DNA of 64,000 nt, taken from Tricharina praecox (lineage: Eukaryota). Made by a program: the position numbers and the translations under genes. The notes under the pieces are model-generated. The model was not told the DNA's origin. It did no database searches and saw only the letters and a list, made by a program, of their open reading frames with translations. Position 1 is the first letter of the stretch, and every line of letters begins with the position of its first letter. Positions 40,601 to 53,883 of this stretch are shown here, in pieces. Location: assembly GCF_024521635.1 (NCBI RefSeq), contig NW_026250413.1, positions 186,001-250,000 of the forward strand. The letters run 5' to 3'.

Positions 40601-41587
40601 AGGCCGGGGGTCTCCTGCGTGCGATCCCTATGACGGGGTTGCCTTCCGCCCACTGGTTCCGGTGTAGCGTCCTCCACCTTGTCGACGGGAGACTCGGGGG
40701 TGGGAGGGTTGGTCTTTCCCGACGACGCCTCATCCGGATCCTCCTCAGCCTTAACCTCTTCCTTGACCGTGCTCTTCCGTGTCCTTGTATTCCTCTTGAC
40801 CGCCGGCTGTGTCTGTCCCTTCCTGCGTTCACCACGTCTCGCCGGCGGCTGATGATCGCTACCCTCACAGAGGCTTCGCCACTCGGGGAGATTGTACGTT
40901 CGCTGCTTCTGGACATTCGTCTGCCGGTATTCGCCCGAGCTTCCGGCAATGTGTTGCTCAATGGGGTTTTTGATCTTGATGTCGCGGACCTTTTCGTCGA
41001 GCGGCGGTAGCGAGTCATGCCTAGTGAACAGTGCCAGACCGAGCATCAGCGACATCACACACACACAGCAGACGCAACACAACCGACACGGGGGACGCTT
41101 GGATAATCCACATACCATTCCTTCGGAGGGACGATCTTGACAATCCCCGACCCCATTCCGTAGTGGTTGATGTTGTCGACGAACTTCTTGAAGCTTCTGA
41201 ACTGGTCCATTGTCTATTCCCGGGGTCAGCACAACACGCCGGAGTGTGCCACCACCACCGAAACCCGAAGCTTCCACACACACACACACACACAAAAATA
41301 ACAAGAGCAGTAGCAGTGGCAGAGCAGCGGTAACCTACAGGAGTAAAGACGGGAATCCTCGTTCCCTCAGAGTAATACGCGGGCAGTATCTCCTCCTCCT
41401 CCTCTTCCTCCTCCTCTATTTCCTTCTCCTCCGCGCCCTCCGTGTCCGCATCAACAAACTTCAAGAACTGGCCGGTATCGGCCATTGGCGGTGGTACGAC
41501 AATCTCGAACTTTGCCGGCTCCACCGCCGCCGGCTCCACCGCCGCCGACTCCACCGCCGCCGGCGTCGCCGCCGCTGCCGAAGCCAT
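37638..41587 (-). CDS. RPH1: JmjN/JmjC histone demethylase of the KDM4/Rph1 family with extended PHD finger
   Basis: JmjN IPVFTPTMDQFRSFKKFV..GIVKIVPPKEW; JmjC [73 protein letters not shown]; multiple canonical introns. Confidence 0.94.
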
Positions 41588-43375
41588 TCGACGAAGCGAA
41601 AGCGAAAGCGCTGGGTCGCTGGGTCGCTGGGTGGTCGCGGTAGGATACGGGTTGTAATATTTTCCTTCTGCAATCGTTCGTTCGTCCGTGCTTTCGTTCG
41701 TTTTCGCTAATCGTTCGTTCGTTCGTCCGTTCGTTTTCGGTGGTCGTTGCTCCGCCGCCGCGCTGTTTTGGTGGTGGGTGTGGGCGTTACGGTTGCGGTT
41801 GTATCTAGGTAGAGTAGAGTAGTCGCAGTTTCCCGCGCAGTTGCGCAGCTGCTGCGATCGGAATTCGGCGCGAACGGATGGACGAACGAACGAGCGAGCT
41901 CCTTAGCGCGCTAGGGCGTGGATCGGTGGGGAGGAAGGGAAGGGAAGGGGAGGAAACGGAAGGGAATGGAATGAAGAGATTGGATTGGTGGAGAGGGTAT
42001 GTACAGGTGAAGTCGGAGGTAAGTGGAGGTGATTCTCTAAGCTGTGCCGTTCTGCGTGGAGGGGAGGAGGGGGGGAGTAGTTGGACTTGTGGGGGGGGGG
42101 GGCTGCTTTCGTGTGTCTCGCTCTCTCTCGCGCGCTCTCTTCTGTCTCTGTCTCTGTGTGTCTCTGTCTCTCCGTCTCCGCTCGCTGTGGTCAGGTCAGT
42201 GGTTGCTGCTTAACCCGTGCCAAGCCGGCGCTCAGCAACGCGGAAGGAGGATAGCGTTGCTTTTCAAGGCATCATCCGATTTTGCGGAAAGCCACGAAAC
42301 ATGGCATTTCGGGGGGTCGAAGTCGAAAGTGGTCGTCGTCGATGGCAGGTCATCGCCGTCATCGCTGTCTGTATAGGAATGGGCATGGGGGAGATATCAC
42401 TCTCCCACTCACTCAATCAATCAATCAATCAATCCATCAACCAATTACTCAATCAATCAATCAATCAGTCACTCAATCTCTCAATCTCTTGCCAGCCAGT
42501 CAACCAACCAGCCAGCTACAGTCTAAAATCTACAATAACCTTCCAACCTTCCCCGCATATCCCCCACCGACCCAACCTACCAGTGACCACACACAGAGCC
42601 CCATCAGGCGCATCGGAACCATCTCCGCTGCTGCCCAGCTGCCCCTGAAGGCTGATCCAATGGCACGTCTCCTACATACTGGCAGCAGTCAGTTTGTATG
42701 CAGGAACCCGGATCGGCGTGCGGCGTGCGCAACAAAGATTCAGGATAGATAGCTTCGACAACTTACAAGTCTCGCAGCGCAGCAACAGATGTGAGATTGC
42801 TTCCGTGCCAGTCAGGCTGTCAGAAAGCTTGTGTGCCCCATGTCAGCCCCCTCGTCGTTCCCCCCGTCGTCTCCCCCGCGCCAACTACGGTAACCCCCCT
42901 CCAATGTCCATCCTCCCCCGCACTGCGCCGCAGGCACTAGTCAGATAGATACATACCCGGAGATGCAGAACATCTGTGAATATCTACATTGATTGATTGA
43001 CTGATTGTTCACAGCATTGAACCCTACGGTTATGGCCGATAGAGATATCCACAACACAACATTTTGACCAAGAAGTTCGACCACCAAATCCATGTATGTA
43101 GAAGTGACAGCCAAATCCCCCGGTCCTTGAAGAATATTCAAAAGCGAGCCTCCGAAGAAAGAGGCTCATGTTGTCGGTTTCTGCGCTGTAGCGGCGCGTC
43201 GTATATAAGGTATCTGTAGCCCTCCTCTTCTCCAAAAGGTACCCTCAACATAACCAACCAGTCTAGCGCACACTGCATGGTGCTCGAGAGTCGAGATGAA
43301 TCGTCGTCTCGGGGTTTGCGTCTCGGGGTTTGCGTATCTATCTGTCAAGGCCGGGACCCGATGAATATCCAGCAG

Positions 43376-43450
43376 CGAAGATATTTGGATCGAAGATATT
43401 TGGATCGAAGATATTTGGATCGAAGATATTTGGATCGAAGATATTTGGAT
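43376..43450. repeat. (CGAAGATATTTGGAT)x5 tandem repeat
   Basis: Directly visible; reads FDPNI repeats on the minus strand. Confidence 0.95.
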
Positions 43451-44436
43451 CGAAGGTAGGAACCGTGGGATTGGCGAAATGCCAGTCGTCGTGGTCAACG
43501 TTGTCCTGCGCAAAGCGCTGAGCTCTCCTCCCCCGCCGTCGCCATATCGCCTGCTGAACTGGCTCTCCTATAGTAGTGTGATAATCTGTGAATACACAAA
43601 CCGCCTCTCGAGAGCTGCAGAGCATGCAACGTGAGAAACGTTGATAGGTACTTGCATGATATGCCCGCCGCTACCGATAATGGTGCTATGTAAAGAACCT
43701 AGCCTACATGAAAAGAGTCGGGGACTCGGGGGAGTGGGAATCAAGACGAAGACAGAGATGAATATGAATATGAAGATATAGATGAAGACGAAGATGAAGC
43801 TGAAGATAAAGATATAGATGAAGACGAAGATGAAGATGAAGATGAATATAAAGATAAAGATATAGACGAAGACGAAGATGAAGATAAAGCTAAAGATGGC
43901 AAAGCCAAAAGATGAAACAGGAACACACCGGGAACCCCTCACTTTTTGCACCCTCCAAACCCTCCAAACACACACACATACACTCCAGCAAGCAGCAAGC
44001 AACTATGAGAGGCAACCAAACAAACCACCAACAAAAGTGCCGCACATACATAACAGCCTGGATGTTTACGAAGATAAGAAGAAAAGAAAGAAAAGAAAGA
44101 AAAGAAAGAAAGAAACAATGTAATTGCCCAGAAATCCAGATCCCGAGTATAGCATGCGTACACCAGAAGCACCAAAGGAGATCACTGAAAAAAACAGACT
44201 TGAAGAATGCCTCAGACGGAACAGATGCAAAACAAGAAATCAAACCCCTATTGTGTAGTATGCCAGAAGAAATTATCACAAAAACGAGATCTAATCCTCT
44301 CGTTTTTTACAAGCCTAATGCTCTCTGTCCCCCTCAAACCATACAGCGTTCCCGTTCAAACCGTACCGTAAACTCCAAAGCGTACCGAACCAGACACTAC
44401 AGAACGAAACACAAAGGAGAAGAACATACAGTTAGT

Positions 44437-46367
44437 TTAGGTGGAGATGGGCTGGGATGGAGCGGCTGGGGTGGCAGCTGGCGCAGCAGTTGGGGCGGCA
44501 GCTGGGGCGGCGTCCTCCCTGTTGAAGTTCGCACGACGTCCTCTGTAGCCCCCACGTCCGCCGCGGTCGCCACGTCCACCGCGGAATTCACCACGCTCGC
44601 CACGGTCACCACGGTCGGGACGGTCACCACGCTCAGGGCGGTCACCACGCTCGAGGCGGTCACCACGCTCGGGGCGGTCACCACGCTCGGGGCGGTCACC
44701 ACGCTCAGGACGGTTACCACGCTCAGGGCGGTCGCCACGGTCACCATGTTCGCCATGGTCACCACCTCTGTCGCCACGGAAACCACCCCTTCCACGGAAA
44801 CCACCACGGAAACCATCGCCTCTTCCACGGTATCCTTCGCCCCTTCCACGGTATCCTTCTCCCCTGCCACGGTATCCACCACGACCGCCCCTTCCACGCT
44901 GCTTGCGTTCAACGTCTTGGAATTCGGTATTCTCCTTTGGCTCGCCGGAAGGTGCCGCCGGTGTGGTAGTCGGTTGCGCGGTATCGGCAGCCTCGTCGGA
45001 GACCTTTCCATCATCGGCCCAAGATAGAGAAGAAGCCTCCACGGGGGCAGCAAGATCAACCCAGCCGCTCTGGATCTCCTGAGATGAGTGCGGCTCTGAA
45101 GAGGTAGCAAGACCGGCAGCATTAGCCGCTTCGTCCCCGGTAGTTGTGGCCTCCGGAGCAGAAGGGGCAGCTTCTAGCTCAGCGCCGTCGGCGCTCGTCG
45201 GAAGCAGAATGGTGGCGCCAGCGTCCTCTTTTGGGGTGGGGTTGTCGCCAGAAGAGGCATCAACTTGGGTGGTGGTCGGCTCGATGACATCCGTGGCAGC
45301 GGCGGCTGGCTGTTCTTCGACCTCTTCTTCTTCGTCAATCTGGAGACTCATGGCGAGTTCCTTGATGCGGGCAACTGTGGCAGCGATGTCAGTACCAGGT
45401 ACAAACAGCCGTTCCCACTACCAGGTTCGAAACTTACAGGAGAAGTGGTTGTCCTCCCCAACAAAATCGGTAGACGCTTCGGCCAACTTGAGGCAGGTAT
45501 TCATGCCTTCACCGGAATACACGAGCACCAAGACATGCTCGATGGCCTCATCCTCCTCGACATTTCCACTCTTGAACGACCTCCTGTAGCCGGCTAATCT
45601 CAAGAACTTGAGCAAAGTGTCGACCTTGTGGTTGCCCTCTTCGGTTCCCTGCTTGAGACCTTCCTTCTTTGCTTGCTTGATGGCCCTCGTAATCCTGGCT
45701 TCGTAGAAGCGTTTCTGCTGTACCAAGCGGTCCTCGATCTGTTTGTCCTCAGCGTCGGCCAGTGACTTCAGCTTATCGTAAACCTCCAGGAGCTCCTTGT
45801 GCAAGGCCAAGGTGACGGGCTTGTCCTGGAGCTTCTTTCGTTCGTCGGCGTTGATCAATCTCGTGGTCGCCTGTTCGTCCTCAGGCAAGTCCTTGATCTT
45901 GTCCTCGGAGCGTTTGATGTTGTCCTGGATGGCATGTAAGAATCAATCGAACCAAACGGAATGTTACACAATCCAATCCTTCACTGAGTGTCACATACCA
46001 GCTTCTTCGCCTGTCGCTTGAGTCTCCTGTTGACGAAAATCCACATCAGCCATCTGCAGAACAAGTAGATGGAAGCAATCATGGTTGCCACAACCGTAAC
46101 CTACCTAGCAACATCCTTGAGTGACTCTTTCTCGGGCTTCTCGCCCTTCGCGGCCGCTCCGGACTCTGAAGTTCCAGCAGGAGGGGTATCGGTGTTGGTG
46201 GCTTCAATTGGAGATGTCGGATCGGCAGTGGAGGAAGCATTCTCACCCTCGACGGAGGTCAGGGGAGCGGGCTTGGTAGCTTCGTCGACGGATTTCTTCT
46301 GGCCTCGTCGTCGCTTGCTGGCAGCCTTGTCGGAGGCCGGCGGGGCGGGGTTTGGTGTAGTGGACAT
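44437..46367 (-). CDS. Caprin/YAG7-like coiled-coil protein with RGG-rich C-terminus (4 exons)
   Basis: Spliced ARRLKRQAKKLDNIKRSE..LINADERKKLQDKP..LLKFLRLAGYRR; acidic linker; SWADD; RGG/RG boxes and GDRPER repeats; canonical introns including a 28-nt exon. The family call is by eye. Confidence 0.78.
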
Positions 46368-47857
46368 GTGAGCGGTTTCTTCGTGGGAGCGAATCAGAAT
46401 CCAGCAGAAGCAGCAACAGCAGCGGCCCCGCAAACAGCAGGGAGCTCTTCGGTGACGATGGAGAGGGAGGTTCTTACTAGACAAAATGGATTAAGAAGTG
46501 AATTGGTTTGGATAGGAGTGGGGTCGAATGTCGTGGGTGAAGAGGAGCGAGAGAGGGGAGATGAAGATGGAGGGGAATGAAATGAATTGAGGGAGGGGAG
46601 GGGAGAGTTTTGGGAGGATGGAGGTGGTGGGAGTTGCTGGTTGGATGGTTGTGTTGGCGGGCTCTGGCTTTGCGTCGTCAACGAAAGAGGTTAGACCCAC
46701 TTTTCGACCCCTTGTGTCGCACAAACGCGGGGGAGCTTCAAACTTCAACTAACTAGCCTCAACACGTGACTATATAGGTTGGGGCTCCAATCATCGGTGT
46801 AGGGAGTTTGCTTCTCTCCAGACATGCAGGAAAGGAGTCCTCCAAACCTGCTGGACGGCTCCAGTTCTCTGGGGTTGATTTTCTGCTGGTGCAACCGGTC
46901 AGGGTGGCAAATTGAGCGGCGCAGCTGTCAAGCAATCAAAACCCGGGAACTGGAGCACACCGCGGAACCTGCATGAAAGCACCCGTCGTCGACAAGCTAC
47001 ATATATCTGTGCACCGTCGTTCTGTATCTTCAGGCGCTCCTCCCTGGGCCGTATCCAATTGACACACCAGCGAGTGGAAAGAGACTGCAGCTTGCCGCTC
47101 ATCAACGCCAGCTCATGCGCGACATGACATGCATCCTAGCCACGGTTGCTGAAGCTCGTCTCGCCTTTTGCCTTTGTCCCGATGGTCTGCGGAAAACGCA
47201 CAGCCCTCTTTGTTCATGACTTGTATTGCTTGAGTTGACGGAACACCGCTGCGGATACCCGCACCCACGCCAGCCATGTGTAGAGGTTGTTCTGTTGCGC
47301 TGACGAAACCTTAGGGACACCTCGATCGAGTGCTGCCAGATTACCTAGCCGGACATCAATGAATCAATCTTCGAGTTCTCCAGGCAGAAGCTTTCCGAAG
47401 CTCTGGTTCAACTCTTTTCTGATTTGATTCCAGCACTTTAATCAGTCTACAACTCTCGGCTATCTCAAAGTGACTGCGAGTGATCGACCATGTCCAGACA
47501 CACCAGGCCGCTCGGCTCACAGGGAGAGCTCATCGCTGATCGAAGGGCTGACGACTCTCTCCGTTTGAAGCATCGTGGATTGGGCACCTGATCGTTTATT
47601 TCCTGATTGGGTTCCTTGAGGCTCGCTGCATCCATAAGAAGCTTTTGCCAGCCATTCCCTCCTTCTTTCTTTCTCATCCGACACCTCCACTCCCGTACCA
47701 ACCACAACAAACAACCTCTCCCTCCCCCCCTCTCCCCACCTTCACCCTTCACATCACCTCCTCTACCTTCCCCATCTCCTACCGCCTTTCCCCAGCCTTC
47801 TCCCTTCTTGCTACTTACAAGCACATTTCCATCAAAACCAAAAAAAAAACCATCAAG

Positions 47858-48633
47858 ATGCCTGTTGAGAAGGTGTATCCGGAGAGGATCCTGATCCCGC
47901 GTGATCAGGACGGAAACCTGCCTGACCGTGCGATGGTCCCCTACTTCAACATCCAGTTTCCCGACAATTACCCCGGCAACGGACTTGAGTACAGGCCGTA
48001 CTTCGACACCAATCTTGGTAGGCTCTACTACACACCGAGATCCACCTACCCCACCACGGCAGTTGCCCTGGTCCCGCAGGCTCCTCTGTCCCCCTACGGA
48101 CTCGGCGAGCTCCACTATTGGCCCCTGGAAGCCGATGGTCGTCCCGCCTTCCCTGCCCCGATCCCGGCCGCCGCCTTCGGCCACTACCATGCCGCCGGCC
48201 CCGAGCACCGTCCGGCCCCTCGGCCGTATCCGGTTGGCATCATCGCCGCACCTCCGCCTCTGCAGCCGCAGCCGCAGCCGCCGCAGCAGCCGGCTCCAGT
48301 CCGTCGATCCGCTCCTCCCCGTCCCGTCGCCATCGTCGCCAGACGCCCGCCCGCCACCTACCCGGGTGTTCGCTGGGTGACGCATTGTCCTGAGCCTGGA
48401 ACTCCCGCGCCCCCTCGGCCCGCGCCCCAGCCCGAGGTCCCCGCCCATCTCGCCTGGGAGGACATGATGCAGCGTCGGCAGATCGCCAACGACGCCGAGG
48501 AGGACTACCGCCGCCTACGCCACCTGGCTGTCGAGAGCTGGGTAAGTGCTTTGTCTCTCTCCACCCATTCCCTCCGCTCCGCTCATCCCCCTAACAACCA
48601 AGTCAGGCCGAAAACCGCTATGGGAACCAGTAG
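47858..48633 (+). CDS. Pro/Tyr-rich hypothetical protein (orphan-like)
   Basis: ATG in CATCAAGATG context after a CT-rich leader; GC3-biased ORF; intron GTAAGT 48542..CTAAC..CAG 48606 gives the end AENRYGNQ*. Confidence 0.7.
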
Positions 48634-49445
48634 CAGTAGGGGCAAATGCTCTCTGCGAAACCTCGAAAACTCGAAGATCTGATCCTTTCATTTCATCTGC
48701 TCTGTTCGGATCTGTCTTTGTATGTCAAGAACTTGTCCATCTGTTTGTCCATTTCCTTTTCCTTTTCCTTTTTTCTTTGTCGCAACGATACCACGACCTT
48801 CTTCCTCTACGACTACCTACCTGCCTACCTACAACGCCATCGTACGACCCTGTTTCTTTCACGACACAAATTCTTGCGGGTATCATTTCAACTTTCAACT
48901 TTCGGTTTCAGCTTCGGTTTTCGACATCCGCATGCATGCATCAATCATCATTCGGGTTTTCTTTTCATGTAGTTGGTTGGTAGCTGGAAGAAAAGGCATT
49001 TCCTTAGATTGTTTCATTTCGCCACTTTCTGGTTGAGGGCTTAGAGTCGGTTTCGTCTCTTTTCTTTTCTTTTCGGAGGATGCGTGGAAAGGTGTGGGAG
49101 GTGTTGCAGTTTTCTTGTACCTTCCTGAATGATAGCTGCGTGGCGATGATTGTGAATGATTGTGAATGATTGGTGTTGATGATTGTGTTTTTTTTTCCAT
49201 ACTGGTTCTGCTTCCGGTGTACTACCTAATGTTTACGACCGTAATTGATGATGATGATGATTATGATGAAGGTTTACACAGCGGTTTATGGCGGCCATGA
49301 CTGGTTGTAGTAATGGCTTGTGAGAACTATCATCGTGGGCTGCAGATGTTGATACTCTCGGCCGGTCAAGATGATCAGGCCCTCGACAACGTCTTTCACA
49401 CCTCTATCCCTGCAGTAGCCATCCAGGTATCTACCTACAAGGTAT

Positions 49446-50767
49446 CTAATCACTATCCATCAAATCCGCCAACTCCGCCTCTTCCTCAGCGGTCATAACG
49501 CCCTCCTTCTTCTCCTCTACTTTCTCCTCGGGCTCCTCGCCCTCCCTCGCCTTCCGCGCCTCTTCCCGTGCCACCTCCAGATCCTTCGGCAAAAGCGACC
49601 ACCGGCGGATCGTACAGTCGATTCCGGCCGAGATCAGCCACTCCCCGCGATCCCCCACTACCGCGAGCGCCACTACCTCGTCCGCGTGCCCCGTGAACGT
49701 GTGGTATAGCTCGCCGGACTGGTTGATTGATTAGCAGGTTGTAAACCTATGAGAAGAGTGGGGTGCTTACAACGACATCCCACACGCGCACCTCCTCATC
49801 TCTGCACGCGGTGACGACCCATCTACCATTGCCCGCCATGACCACATCATTGACATAGTCCGGGTGCTTGAGCACCGTATCCGTCCTTTCGCCCAGCTCC
49901 TTCAGCACCCTAACCTCCAACCGTCTCGCAGTGCCATCCGCCGAGGCGCCCCAGCAATCTGCGTCCTCGCCCAAGAACCTCAGTGCGTGCACACTCGTCT
50001 CAAACTCGCGTATCAAATCCTCATCCTCCTTCGCCCCCGCCGGATTCCGTACCGGGATCCTCCAGCGACGAATATCGCGCTCGCTCCCGCCGGCGAGCAC
50101 CACCACCTCCTCCTCGCTACTAGCGACAGGATCCACCGCCATCGCGCCGACCGCGCGCGTATGCCCCTTCAGCGTCGCGATGCGCTGCCCGGTGCCCGCA
50201 GCCCAGATGATGATATTTGCGTCGCTGCTGCCGGAGAGCAGCAGGCCCGCGTCGCCCCCGCCCCCACCCCCGACGCCCTCGCCAGTGGGTAGGTATAGCA
50301 GACTCTTCACAAAATCCGCGTGGCCGACAAACGTCGCCAGCACCTTGCGCGAGCGCACATCCCACGCGATTATCTTCTTCTCCCAGGCGCCGGCGAAGAG
50401 GATGCGGCCCGTGGAGTTGAGGGCCAGGCACGTGCACGGCGTGCTGAAGCCGCGGTACAGTGCGGATTTCGTGTTCCCTGCCTCTAACGTCACCCGCCGG
50501 ACGATCCCGCAGCTCTCGCCGATGAACACCGCGTCGAAGTCGGTGGGGTCCGCGAGAAGGCATAGGATCTTCGAGCTAGCGACGAGTGGGCGGCCGTTCT
50601 GGTTGTGCGCTTTGGCCAAGCGGCGGGAGATGGTCGCGAGGGATGTACTGGATCACGAGCGGGGGGGTTAGTGAGTGGATGCATGGATGGATGGGCGGAT
50701 GGGATGGGAAGGATAGCACGACGAACGCGGTCTGGAAGAAGTGCCCTGGGTCAGCGGAGATGGACAT
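49446..50767 (-). CDS. WD40-repeat protein (3 exons)
   Basis: GHADFVKSL..LLSGSSDANIIIW, GHTRAVGAM, HPDYVNDV..TACRDEEVRVWD, GHADEVVAL..ISAGIDCTIRRW; canonical introns. Confidence 0.92.
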
Positions 50768-51089
50768 GGTTGCGGAGGGAGGCGGATGGCGGGGGTGACG
50801 TGACGGGACGTGAAGGAGGGGTGGGCAAGGGGGTAGAGGGATGGGTAACCGCGTTAAGTAGTGTTTCTAGCGCTTAATGGCTCAATAGCTCAATAGCTGT
50901 ATTGTCGGTAGGATGCCAATATTCTTCACACACACAAATTGCACTAGTAAAGAGGAATTTACGATGGTAGTCATGGACTTATGTTCCACTGATTTCGATT
51001 ATGTTCACTACCTAACCGAAATCCGTTTCTCCAGTCTGAGATGGTCACTACATACTTCGTATGGCACCAAAAGCTAAGGACTCGCGATT

Positions 51090-52999
51090 TCACCGCGGCT
51101 TGCCATGATGCGTTACAGTAAAGAACCTCTCTGGAATCCCCTTCGTAACCACAGCCCTCTTGACATCCTCGTACATATCCCCCTGCACCTGCACCTCCAA
51201 GAGTCCCGGCTTCAGTCCCGTGCCCTGTCTAGCGGTCGCACCACGGCCACAGGCCCTCTGGAGCTCCTCTGCGAGCGTCTTTGGTTCGATCCCGAAGGCT
51301 TCGAGGCCAGTTATGCGCGTAACCGCTTTCGATCCCTGTTTTGTAGTGACGATGGTAATTTTCGGGGGCGACCCGGATTTGGGCTTGCTTTGTTCACCGC
51401 TGGGGGAGGTGATGCGGTAGTAGGGCGCGCAGGCGGACACGAGGCGGTCGGCGAGAAGATCGCGTCTGTAGGCGCCTTTAGCCTTGGCGAGCTCGGCGGT
51501 GTCGGCTGCGTTAGTGGTGAAGAGGGTGTTGGAGAGAAGGGGGTCGAGGTTGACTAAACGCCTGTTAAGCTTTTGGGCGAGAGTATTGGTGTCGATGTAC
51601 GTGTTGAGCAGTGTTCTGAGGTCGGCGGCAGTGTAGAAGTCTTTGGTTCTATTGCCATGTTAGCAGGTCGGAATCAAGGTCCGCTAGGGGTGGAAACGAA
51701 CCCCGCGTCGATCTCCTGGAAGAATTTTATAGCCCTTCCGTTGGGTCTGTAGAGGGGCTCAATTTTGACCACACCCGGTTTCCCTCCTCCATTCCCAGCA
51801 GCACCGTCGTCATCGGGCTTGTCTTCCTTCGGTGGCACGGGGAGTTTGTACGGTCTGAAACTCTTAATTTCAGGATGCTCCCAGTTGATGTCCATCACGA
51901 TCGATTCTCCGCCGTTGCGTACTTTAGTAACGACCAGGTCTTTGCTCTGCAGGTACTTGAGGAGCTTTGGCAAATTCTTCCAGCTCGTTTTCTTCAGCTG
52001 AAGGCTCGGATGTGGCCCTACATCCTGTAGAAGGTTGTATGGCGGGAACTGGCTCGCCGGCGGGAGATATGGATGAACTAGCATGTTTATAAATGTCGCA
52101 GACGGTAGCGGGAACTCGAGGCGGGCATTCTCTCTCGTCTCCAACTCGGAATAAACCTGGAAGCCGTACAACGCAGCGTTGTAGAATGCGTCGTCAATCT
52201 CCTTCGTACTCAGCTGTCGTATCTCCTCCTCGCCGCTGCTCTCCTCCTTCTCTTTCTCTTTCTCCTTCTCTTTCTCCCTCTCTTCCTCCTTCTCCTTCTC
52301 CTTCTGCTCCGAAGGGGAAATCACAAGCCTATTCATCGCCACTGACAGCACCTCATTCACTCCCGGCACCTCCAATTCATCGGGAACCTTCACAGCCCCC
52401 GCAAGTTTATAAATCTCATCACCGAGCCAATGCAGGATTCTCACCGCGCGACCCTTCTCTCCAATCGTCTTTCTCAATCCAGTAACGTCAATCTCACACA
52501 CGCCTACCGCGACCGGCACAGTCGGGCGCTCACTACTCGCAATCCCCACCAGCTTGCCCACCTCGGCCCCATCCGGAAACGGCGGGCCGATCAATCCCGG
52601 CGTCATAAGATCCGCGCCCTCATACAGCCTCTCGATAACCGGCGGGTGGGTATGCAGCAGCGGCAGCAGCGTGGGATTCTTCCAGAGCGTGAACACGGTC
52701 GGGAACAGCTCTGGGGTCTGGCGCTCGAACTTGACCCACAGCGGGCGGTCCTCTTCGTCCGAGCTGTGGGAGCCCAGGTAGATCGTGCCGTGGGCGGGCG
52801 CGAGGTCGGGGCCGTAGGTGGTCGAGAATTTCGCGTGCGAGCTGCCGTCGGGGAGGATGAGGTTGCGCAGCGACGCCTCGGTTTCCGTTGCGGAGGGCGA
52901 CGTGTACGCGAAGTTCGTGATTATTGATTGCGCGGTTTTGCGCCGGTCCGAGGAGCGTAGCGGCGCTTGCGCTTTGATCTGCGGCTTCTTCTTGAACAT
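51090..52999 (-). CDS. TMA64: eIF2D / ligatin / Tma64 (PUA, SWIB-like, SUI1 domains)
   Basis: MFKKKPQIK..LRSSDRRK; GADLMTPG (PUA); LKKTSWKNLPKLLK; SUI1 KAVTRITGLEAFGI..LAEELQRAC..EVQVQGD; one intron near 51650-51700. Confidence 0.93.
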
Positions 53000-53883
53000 G
53001 GCGAGGGCGGACGATCGTGGTGGTGATGGCTGTGGAGTCGAGGTCGCGGTGTTGATATCTATGCCGCGGTGTTGAGGTCTCCGGTGAGTCGAGCCGAGTG
53101 CTGACGATGGCGGGGTTGACGTCTTTGTGTCACCAATGACGCGATGCCAATGCAGTGCAATGTCAAACTAGACCGCCGCGGAATGTACCGGCTGTCGGAC
53201 AGTTGCACCCAACGCCTTACGTTACAACATACAACCCTCCAGAATAAGAAATCACACCACATCCTCTGCTATGTAACATCTTCGTCGCAGCAAAAAACTG
53301 CACGGAGATCCTCACCATAAAAAGAGCAACCAGAGTCAACAGGAGATATACATATAAAGAATCCTGGCCGATGGCGGTTGCTACCGACCGAGTTGGGGTG
53401 GGGCTGAAATGACTGTGGCGCTCAGTCGTTCGCATCTTGGATGAGCGAGTACATAACTCCGTACCATATTCCGTCGGAGATTCCCACTGAGGCATCTACA
53501 ATTTTCCGGAGAAATTCGGAGATCCCTATGAAACTAGAGTAGCTAGCTCTCACCTGAGGAGCAGAGAGCTCCGCTAGCGGTAGCGAATGACTAACAACGG
53601 TGGACATCGTGCTCAGGAAAAACCTTCATAGATTCCGTCAAAAGATACCCTCCAATATCACCAACTATCATACGTTTATGTATAGAGAATTGAGCAAGGA
53701 ATAAGCAGAGACACCCCCCGTGTATTAGCAAAAACCCGAGAAGACAAAGCACTTTTCTAATCAACCACAAAGTAAACCCCACAACAAAAGAAATCCCAAA
53801 GAAATATACCGATAAATTGACTACCGTACAAAAGGCATCAAAACAACCGTCTATCTGAACCCAACCCGTAGTCCGCTTTCGAT

